Below are positions 57,813 to 64,000 of a stretch of 64,000 bases of DNA, piece after piece (the first letter of the stretch is position 1; each line of letters begins with the position of its first letter). Under the pieces are notes generated by a model that saw only the letters and a list, made by a program, of their open reading frames with translations, did not search any database and was not told the origin of the DNA. This stretch comes from Candidatus Bipolaricaulia bacterium (GTDB taxonomy: Bacteria > Bipolaricaulota > Bipolaricaulia > RBG-16-55-9), in contig JBDGQO010000033.1 in NCBI GenBank assembly GCA_042219045.1, positions 1 to 64,000 on the forward strand, in the 5' to 3' direction. Position numbers and translations under genes: made by a program.

Positions 57813-58451
57813 TCACTCGGCCTTGATCGCCAGAGCGATGCCGTCGCGCAGCGGGACGATCATCGATTCCAGTTCGGGCCGATCGGTCACGAAGCGATTA
57901 AATTCGCGCATCGCTTGGACCATGGCGTCGCCGCCATCGGCCTCGGCCACCTCGCCCATGCGCAACACGTTGTCGGCCAGAATGACGCCGCCGGGCGCGA
58001 TCTTCGGCATGGCCGCCTCGAGAAACTCTTGGTACTGCTCCTTCTCGTGGTCGATGAAGCACAGGTCGAAGGGCCCATCCAGGGACTGCAGCGATTTGAG
58101 CGCGTCGCCCACGACGATGTCGACGCGCTCGCTCACCCCGCCCTCTTCGAGATTGGCCCGCGCGATCTCGGCCATGTCCGGACTGGCGTCGAGCGTCGTG
58201 ATGCGGCCGTTCCAGGCCTGCGTCGCACGGGCGAACCAGAGGGACGTGTAGCCGATCGCCGTTCCGGCTTCCAGGATCTGGGACGATCGCTGGATTTTGG
58301 CGATAGTGTGGAGAAACTGGCCGCCGACCGGGCCGATGATCGGCACGTCGTGCTCGTCGGCATAGGCCTCCATACGGCGCATCAACTCGTCGCGCTCCGG
58401 CGTCAGCTTCGCGATGTAATCCTCGACGTATTCGGCCGTGATGCCGCGCAT
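57813..58451 (-). CDS. Class I SAM-dependent O-methyltransferase (YrrM/TrmR-like)
   Basis: LEAGTAIGYT, FDLCFID, ADNVL, PLRDGI. Confidence 0.88.
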   Translation of the reverse strand: MRGITAEYVEDYIAKLTPERDELMRRMEAYADEHDVPIIGPVGGQFLHTIAKIQRSSQILEAGTAIGYTSLWFARATQAWNGRITTLDASPDMAEIARANLEEGGVSERVDIVVGDALKSLQSLDGPFDLCFIDHEKEQYQEFLEAAMPKIAPGGVILADNVLRMGEVAEADGGDAMVQAMREFNRFVTDRPELESMIVPLRDGIALAIKAE

Positions 58452-58486
58452 CGGATTTCCTCCTTCTTGTCTGGTCGGCCCCTCGC

Positions 58487-59635
58487 TCAGATCTTGCCGA
58501 GCAGGGCCCGCGCGATGATCAGCCTCTGCACCTCGCTGGTGCCCTCATATAGCTCGGTGATCTTGGCGTCGCGGTAGAACCGCTCCACGGGATACTCCTT
58601 GATAAACCCGTAGCCGCCGTGGATCTGCAGCGCCTCGTTGGCGACTTCGCGGGCCACTCGTGAGGCAAACAGCTTCGCCATGGAAGCTTCCTTGGCCGGG
58701 TTGCCGCCCTCGGCGATCTGCCACGCGGCCCGATAGGTCAGCAGCCGGGCGGCGTCGATGTCGGTCGCCATGTCGGCCAGCTTGAACTGGGTCGATTGGA
58801 AGTCGACGACGGCGCGGCCGAACTGCTCGCGCTCCTGCGCATACCCGAACGCCTCGTCGAACGCGCCCTGGGCGATGCCGACGGCCTGGGCCGCTACCGC
58901 CACGCGCCCCCGGCTGAAGAACTGCATGAGCTGATAGAAGCCCATGTCGGGTTGGCCGATGATGTTCGCGGCCGGAACGCGGACGTCCTCCAACGTGATC
59001 TCGGCCAGGTCGGAGGCGCGAATGCCGAGCTTCTTCTTCAAGGGCTCGGCCGTGAACCCCTCGCGATCGGCCTCCACGATAAACGCGGTGATGCCCATGT
59101 GGCGATCGGGTGGGTCGGGATTGGTGCGGGCAAAGACGATGAGGAAGTCGGCAATCGCCCCGTTGGTGATGAACATTTTCTGGCCGTTGAGGACGTACTC
59201 GTCCCCGTCTTGTTCGGCCTTGGTGGACATGCTGGCGACGTCGGAGCCGGCCTCGGGCTCGGTGATGGCCGAGCCCATCACTTGATCGCCGCTGGCCACC
59301 GGGACCAAGTATCGCTGTTTCTGCTCGTCCGTGCCGAACTCCAAGAGCATGTCGCTGCCGAACGGGCGGGCCGTGATCGCCAGGCCGATGCCGGGATCCC
59401 CGCAGAACAGCTCCTCGATCGCGATCGTCTGGGCGAGGTAGTCCATGCCGGCGCCGCCGTACTCGGTCGGCAGCGCGGGCGCGATCAGGTCGAGTTCCTT
59501 GGCTTTTTCGACCGCCTCTTGGGGATACGTGGAGTGCTCGTCGCACTCGTCGGCGGCCGGGCGCATGACCTCCTCGGCGAACTGTCGGGCCGTCTTGCGG
59601 AGCAGGCGGTGCTCCTCGCTCAATTGGAAATCCAT
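58487..59635 (-). CDS. Acyl-CoA dehydrogenase
   Basis: ITEPEAGSD, GQKMFITNG, REQFG, QIHGGYG, LYEGTSEVQR; GGAGG RBS. Confidence 0.93.
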   Translation of the reverse strand: MDFQLSEEHRLLRKTARQFAEEVMRPAADECDEHSTYPQEAVEKAKELDLIAPALPTEYGGAGMDYLAQTIAIEELFCGDPGIGLAITARPFGSDMLLEFGTDEQKQRYLVPVASGDQVMGSAITEPEAGSDVASMSTKAEQDGDEYVLNGQKMFITNGAIADFLIVFARTNPDPPDRHMGITAFIVEADREGFTAEPLKKKLGIRASDLAEITLEDVRVPAANIIGQPDMGFYQLMQFFSRGRVAVAAQAVGIAQGAFDEAFGYAQEREQFGRAVVDFQSTQFKLADMATDIDAARLLTYRAAWQIAEGGNPAKEASMAKLFASRVAREVANEALQIHGGYGFIKEYPVERFYRDAKITELYEGTSEVQRLIIARALLGKI

Positions 59636-59759
59636 CGACCCACCTCCGATGCCGGATACGGGGAATTGTACGGACGGGGCCAGAAGCGCGTCAACGCGCT
59701 GTTGAAAGCGATTCGCAGCTCTGCTATCCTGCATCCCATCCGAAATCGGGGGATTAACC

Positions 59760-61115
59760 ATGACGCAGAAGCGCGCGTTCGTGCGGACCTGGGGCTGCCA
59801 GATGAACGAGCACAAGAGCGAGGGGATCGCCGGGCTCCTGGCCGACGAGGGCTACCAACTCGTCGACCGGGCCGAGGACGCCGACGTCGTCATCTTTAAC
59901 ACCTGCATGGTCCGCGAAAAGCCCGAACAGAAGGTCTACTCCGAGGCCGGCACCATCCGGAATCTGAAAGAGAAGAACCCGGACATGATGCTCGGGGTCG
60001 GCGGCTGCGTCGCCCAAGCCATGGGCGAGAAGATCGCCGAGCGCAGCCCGACGGTCGACTTCGTCTTCGGCAGCTCCAACATCACCGACATTCCCCGACT
60101 CATCCGCGAGGCCGAGGCACGTCGCGAAAACGGAAATGGCAAGCGCGACGAGCCCGTCATGGCGATCTCCAAGATCCCCGATCGGATCGAGGACACGCCC
60201 TTCATTCGCCATAGCTCGTTCCAGGGGAAGGTCACGATCACCGAAGGCTGTTCCAACTTCTGTTCCTTCTGCGTGGTTCCCTACACGACGGGGCTGCTGC
60301 GCAGTCGCTATCCCGGCGAGGTCATCCAGGAAGTGAGCGAACTGGCCGAGCAGAATTTTCAAGAAGTCCAGTTGCTCGGGCAGAATGTGGACTCCTATGG
60401 CAATGACCTGGATGATCCGGACATCACGTTCGCCAAGCTGTTGGACGCGCTCACGGCGATCGACATTCCCCGGATCCGCTTCACGAGTTCGCATCCGCAG
60501 GACATCACGCCCGACGTTATCGACGTGATCAGCCGGCCGAACAACGTCTGCGAGCACGTCCACATGGCCGTCCAAGCCGGCAGCGATCGAGTGTTGGAAG
60601 CCATGCGGCGCGGCTACACCAAAGACGAGTTTTTGCGCATCGTCGACGACCTCAAGGCCAGCGTCCCCGGCGCCAACGTCACCACCGACATCATCGTCGG
60701 GTTCCCCACGGAAACCGAAGAGGATTTCAAGGAAACCGTCGATCTCGTTCGGAAGGCCCGCTTCGGCGGCGCGTTCATCTTCAAGTACTCGCCGCGACCC
60801 GGGACGATCAGCTACTACAAGTACGAGGACGACGTCCCCGACGAGCAGAAGCAACGGCGGCTGGAGCACCTGCTCGACCTCCAGAAGAGCATCACGGATG
60901 AGGAGAACCGACAACGCGTCGGCGAAACCTTGGAAGTGCTCGTCGAAGGCCCGGCCAAGCGCAAGAACGACAGCCCCCATCGCTACCTCGGCAAGACCCG
61001 CGACAACCGGACCGTCCTCTTCGAGGGTTGCGAGGACATGGTCGGCTCCAGGGTCAATGTGGAAGTCGACGAGGGCAGCGTCGCCGGCTTAGTTGGCCGC
61101 GTGGTCGCCGACTGA
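59760..61115 (+). CDS. miaB: tRNA ms2i6A37 methylthiotransferase
   Basis: GCQMN, NTCMVRE, GGCVAQ, radical SAM CSNFCSFC, IIVGFP, YSPRPGT, TRAM domain; TTGAAA-17-TATCCT promoter upstream. Confidence 0.93.
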   Translation: MTQKRAFVRTWGCQMNEHKSEGIAGLLADEGYQLVDRAEDADVVIFNTCMVREKPEQKVYSEAGTIRNLKEKNPDMMLGVGGCVAQAMGEKIAERSPTVDFVFGSSNITDIPRLIREAEARRENGNGKRDEPVMAISKIPDRIEDTPFIRHSSFQGKVTITEGCSNFCSFCVVPYTTGLLRSRYPGEVIQEVSELAEQNFQEVQLLGQNVDSYGNDLDDPDITFAKLLDALTAIDIPRIRFTSSHPQDITPDVIDVISRPNNVCEHVHMAVQAGSDRVLEAMRRGYTKDEFLRIVDDLKASVPGANVTTDIIVGFPTETEEDFKETVDLVRKARFGGAFIFKYSPRPGTISYYKYEDDVPDEQKQRRLEHLLDLQKSITDEENRQRVGETLEVLVEGPAKRKNDSPHRYLGKTRDNRTVLFEGCEDMVGSRVNVEVDEGSVAGLVGRVVAD

Positions 61116-61149
61116 AGCGGGCATGCCCGCTTGATACAATTTTACCAAT

Positions 61150-62250
61150 ATGATGACCCCCATTGAACGACGCCAGTCCCGTGTGGTCCACGTCGGCGAC
61201 GTCCCGATCGGCGGCGATCACCCCATTGCCGTCCAGTCGATGACCACCGTCGACACGCGTGACGCCCAGGCCTCCGTGGATCAGATCCACGACATGGAGC
61301 AAGCGGGCTGCGAGATCGTCCGCGTGTCCGTGCTCAACATGGACGCGGCGTATAACCTGGGCGAGATCAAGCGCCAGATCAACATTCCCCTTGTGTCCGA
61401 TATCCACTTTGATCATCGACTGGCATTGGAAGCGATCCGGCAGGGCATTGACAAAGTCCGCCTCAATCCGGGCAACATCCAGAAACCCGACAAGATCAAG
61501 GAAGTCGTTCAGGCCGCGAAGGACGCGGGCATTCCCATCCGCGTCGGCGTCAACTCCGGGTCCCTGCCCAAGGACCTCTTGATTAAGCACGAGGGCGCGA
61601 CGCCGGAGGCCATGGTCGAGGCCGGGCTCCGTGAGATCGAGATCCTGGAGAACGAAGGCTTTAAGGACATCGTCATCTCGCTCAAGTCGACCGACGTCCG
61701 CATCATGATCGGGGCGTATCGGCTCATGGCCGAACGGGTCGATTACCCGCTCCATTTGGGTGTCACCGAGTCGGGCATGGGCGACGAGGGCGTCGCCAAG
61801 AGTTCGCTCGGCATCGGGTCGCTGTTGGAGCAGGGCATCGGCGACACGTTGCGGGTCTCGCTCACGGGCGATCCGACGCGCGAGGTGAAGGTCGCCTATC
61901 ACATCCTCGGCGCGCTCAATCTCCGATGGCGCGGCGTCCAGTTCAGTTCCTGCCCCACATGCGGACGAATCGGGATCAACTTGGAAAAGATCGTGACCGA
62001 GGCCCAAGAGCGCCTGGAGGGCGTGCAAGCCCCCATCAAGGTCTCGCTGATCGGCTGTGTCGTCAACGGCATCGGCGAGGCGGGCCATTCCCACATCGGC
62101 CTGGTCGGCTACGACCAATCGGGCACGCTGTTCAAGGACGGCGAGCCCGTGCGGCAGCGGATTCCCGAGGATCAACTCGTGGATGAGCTGGTCGACCTGG
62201 TCCACGAGTACGAGGCAGAGCTGGAATCGGCCAACGGCCAAAGCAGCTGA
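61150..62250 (+). CDS. ispG: 4-hydroxy-3-methylbut-2-en-1-yl diphosphate synthase
   Basis: VQSMT, DIHF, RLNPGNI, RVGVNSGSL, HLGVTE, GDTLRVSL, CPTCGR, GCVVNG. Confidence 0.95.
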   Translation: MMTPIERRQSRVVHVGDVPIGGDHPIAVQSMTTVDTRDAQASVDQIHDMEQAGCEIVRVSVLNMDAAYNLGEIKRQINIPLVSDIHFDHRLALEAIRQGIDKVRLNPGNIQKPDKIKEVVQAAKDAGIPIRVGVNSGSLPKDLLIKHEGATPEAMVEAGLREIEILENEGFKDIVISLKSTDVRIMIGAYRLMAERVDYPLHLGVTESGMGDEGVAKSSLGIGSLLEQGIGDTLRVSLTGDPTREVKVAYHILGALNLRWRGVQFSSCPTCGRIGINLEKIVTEAQERLEGVQAPIKVSLIGCVVNGIGEAGHSHIGLVGYDQSGTLFKDGEPVRQRIPEDQLVDELVDLVHEYEAELESANGQSS

Positions 62251-62286
62251 CGCGTGCAGACGAGCCGACGGCCAAGGCCATGTGCC

Positions 62287-62544
62287 ATGGTCCAATTGAG
62301 GACGATGCTCTGGAAGATCGGGGTCAACATTGCCGCGGTCGTGTTGATCATCGCCGGGATCATTCTCGGCCCGCTCCCCGTGCTGCCGGGATCGCCGCTC
62401 GTGATCGCCGGCATTCTCATGCTGAACTTCAAGGGCAAGAAGACGCTTTTGCTCAAGATCGGCCGGACGCGACCGATGCAGTGGGTTATGGCTCGGTCAC
62501 CGCAACTGGCAACGTTCTGGCAGAAGATGGGCCTACGTCCTTGA
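62287..62544 (+). CDS. Small membrane protein (PGPGW-like hairpin)
   Basis: IIAGIILGPLPVLPGSPLVIAGILML; start uncertain. Confidence 0.6.
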   Translation: MVQLRTMLWKIGVNIAAVVLIIAGIILGPLPVLPGSPLVIAGILMLNFKGKKTLLLKIGRTRPMQWVMARSPQLATFWQKMGLRP

Positions 62545-62569
62545 CGCCTGCCTTGTTACGATCTATACT
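62541..62569 (+). promoter_or_regulatory. sigma70 promoter
   Basis: TTGACG-17 nt-TATACT. Confidence 0.7.
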
Positions 62570-62587
62570 CAGGTGCCCTTGCGGAAT

Positions 62588-63223
62588 ATGGCCGTATCAG
62601 CGATCGTTCCGGCGTACAATGAGTCAGACCGCCTTGAGAGCGTGATTGAGCCTCTCAAGGCCGCGCCGTCCGTGGACGAGGTCGTCGTCGCCGACGACGG
62701 ATCGATCGACGACACCGTCGGAGTTGCCCAGGCCCTCGGCGTACGTGTCGTGGAGCTCGGCGAGAATCTGGGCAAGGCGGCTGCGCTCGACGTGGGCGTG
62801 AAGGCGGCCCGCAACGAGACGCTCCTGTTTCTGGATGCGGACCTCATCGGTCTCAGGCCGGAGCACGTCGAGCTGTTAGCGCGCGTCTATGAGGAGAAGT
62901 CGCCCCACATGGTCGTCGGCGTCTTTAAAAGCGGCCGTCTCAACACGGACCTCTCGCAGAGCATCGCCCCGTATCTGTCGGGGCAGCGCGTCCTCTCGCG
63001 CCGCCTTTGGGAGCGGCTGTTGGAGCGGGAGTCGCTCGAGTTCGGCGTGGAAATGGCGCTCACGAAGCTCTCGCTCAAGGAGGACTGGCACGAGGAGCGG
63101 GTCTATCTCGAGGGCGTTACTCACGTCATGAAGGAGGAGAAGCGCGGATTCTCCGAAGGGTTTCGCCAGCGCATCACGATGTACGGCGACATCCTGCGCT
63201 CGTTCTTCAGCCGCACCGGCTGA
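62588..63223 (+). CDS. GT2 glycosyltransferase
   Basis: IVPAYNE, DDGSIDDT, NLGK, FLDADL, LSGQR, FGVE. Confidence 0.87.
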   Translation: MAVSAIVPAYNESDRLESVIEPLKAAPSVDEVVVADDGSIDDTVGVAQALGVRVVELGENLGKAAALDVGVKAARNETLLFLDADLIGLRPEHVELLARVYEEKSPHMVVGVFKSGRLNTDLSQSIAPYLSGQRVLSRRLWERLLERESLEFGVEMALTKLSLKEDWHEERVYLEGVTHVMKEEKRGFSEGFRQRITMYGDILRSFFSRTG

Positions 63224-63259
63224 CAACGCCCTCCGATTTCGGTACGCTAAAAAAGCATT

Positions 63260-64000
63260 ATGGACTCATCGTCTGTCGGCCACATGGCCGAGACCGATCC
63301 CCAAATCCATCAGGCCTTTCAGGACGAGCTGGCCCGCCAGCAAGGGACCGTGGAGTTGATCGCCTCGGAGAACTTCGCCAGCCCCGCGGTTCTGGAAGCG
63401 CAGGGCTCGGTGCTGACCAACAAATACGCCGAAGGCTATCCGGGCCGCCGTTATTACGCCGGCTGTGAGCACGTCGATCGGGTCGAAAAGTTAGCGCGCG
63501 AGCGGCTCTGTGAGCTGTTCGGGGCGGATCACGCCAACGTGCAACCCCATTCGGGATCCCAAGCGAACATGGCCGTCTATTTCGCGGTCTTGAATCCCGG
63601 CGACACGATCCTGAGCATGGCCTTGGACCATGGCGGGCACCTCTCGCACGGCCATCCGGTCAACTTCGCCGGCCAGTTCTACAACGTCGTTAGCTACGGG
63701 GTGGATCGCGACACCGAACGCATCGATTACGAGGCGTTGCGCCATCGAGCATTGGAGGCCCGGCCGACCTTGATCGTGGCGGGTGCCAGTGCCTATCCGC
63801 GCACGATCGACTTCGCGCGGATGCGGGCCATTGCCGACGAGGTCGGCGCCTATCTTATGGCCGACATCGCCCACATCGCTGGCTTGTGTGCCGCGGGGGC
63901 GCATCCCTCGCCCGTGCCCCATGCCCATTTCGTCACCACGACGACCCACAAGACGCTCCGCGGCCCGCGCGGCGGCGCCGTCCTCTGTCATGCCGACCTG
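63260..64000 (+). CDS. glyA: Serine hydroxymethyltransferase (5' part; truncated by window end)
   Basis: [58 protein letters not shown]. Confidence 0.96.
   Translation, partial: MDSSSVGHMAETDPQIHQAFQDELARQQGTVELIASENFASPAVLEAQGSVLTNKYAEGYPGRRYYAGCEHVDRVEKLARERLCELFGADHANVQPHSGSQANMAVYFAVLNPGDTILSMALDHGGHLSHGHPVNFAGQFYNVVSYGVDRDTERIDYEALRHRALEARPTLIVAGASAYPRTIDFARMRAIADEVGAYLMADIAHIAGLCAAGAHPSPVPHAHFVTTTTHKTLRGPRGGAVLCHADL

Overview
High-GC bacterial chromosomal window, almost entirely housekeeping. I see no CRISPR array, transposase, integrase or prophage. Content in order: an acidic beta-helix surface lipoprotein preceded by a ~200-nt multi-hairpin element; a complex-I-like operon nuoA-B-H-J-K-L-M-N lacking nuoC/D/E/F/G/I, followed by a CBS protein and a NapA-type antiporter; the minus-strand cluster tRNA-Thr/Tyr/Thr-tuf-rpmG-tRNA-Trp-secE-nusG-rplKAJL-rpoB, which ends at a terminator with no rpoC; a small RHH gene; trpFBA-aroKBQ; a sirtuin; hflKC; guaA with two glycosyltransferases and an AlkP-family gene; prmC with degenerate ftsE/ftsX-like genes; PIN/TRAM-ispD; an M16 peptidase pair; VWA, MazG-like, nth, SDR; VKOR-DsbA; mutS; D-Ala-D-Ala dipeptidase; trxA-doxX-csoR-like divergent from a Crp/Fnr gene; lgt; pyrG-lptC-lptB; miaB, ispG and a partial glyA. 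The Thermotoga-like NusG insertion, the non-canonical EF-Tu switch I, the Lpt genes and pervasive acidic tails suggest a deep-branching diderm halophile such as Bipolaricaulota/Acetothermia (inference, not verified). Most interesting: the stripped-down complex I, the orphan divergent rpoB, the structured RNA candidate at ~1.84-2.02 kb, the degenerate FtsE, the DsbA twin-CX6C insert and the ligand-less CsoR.
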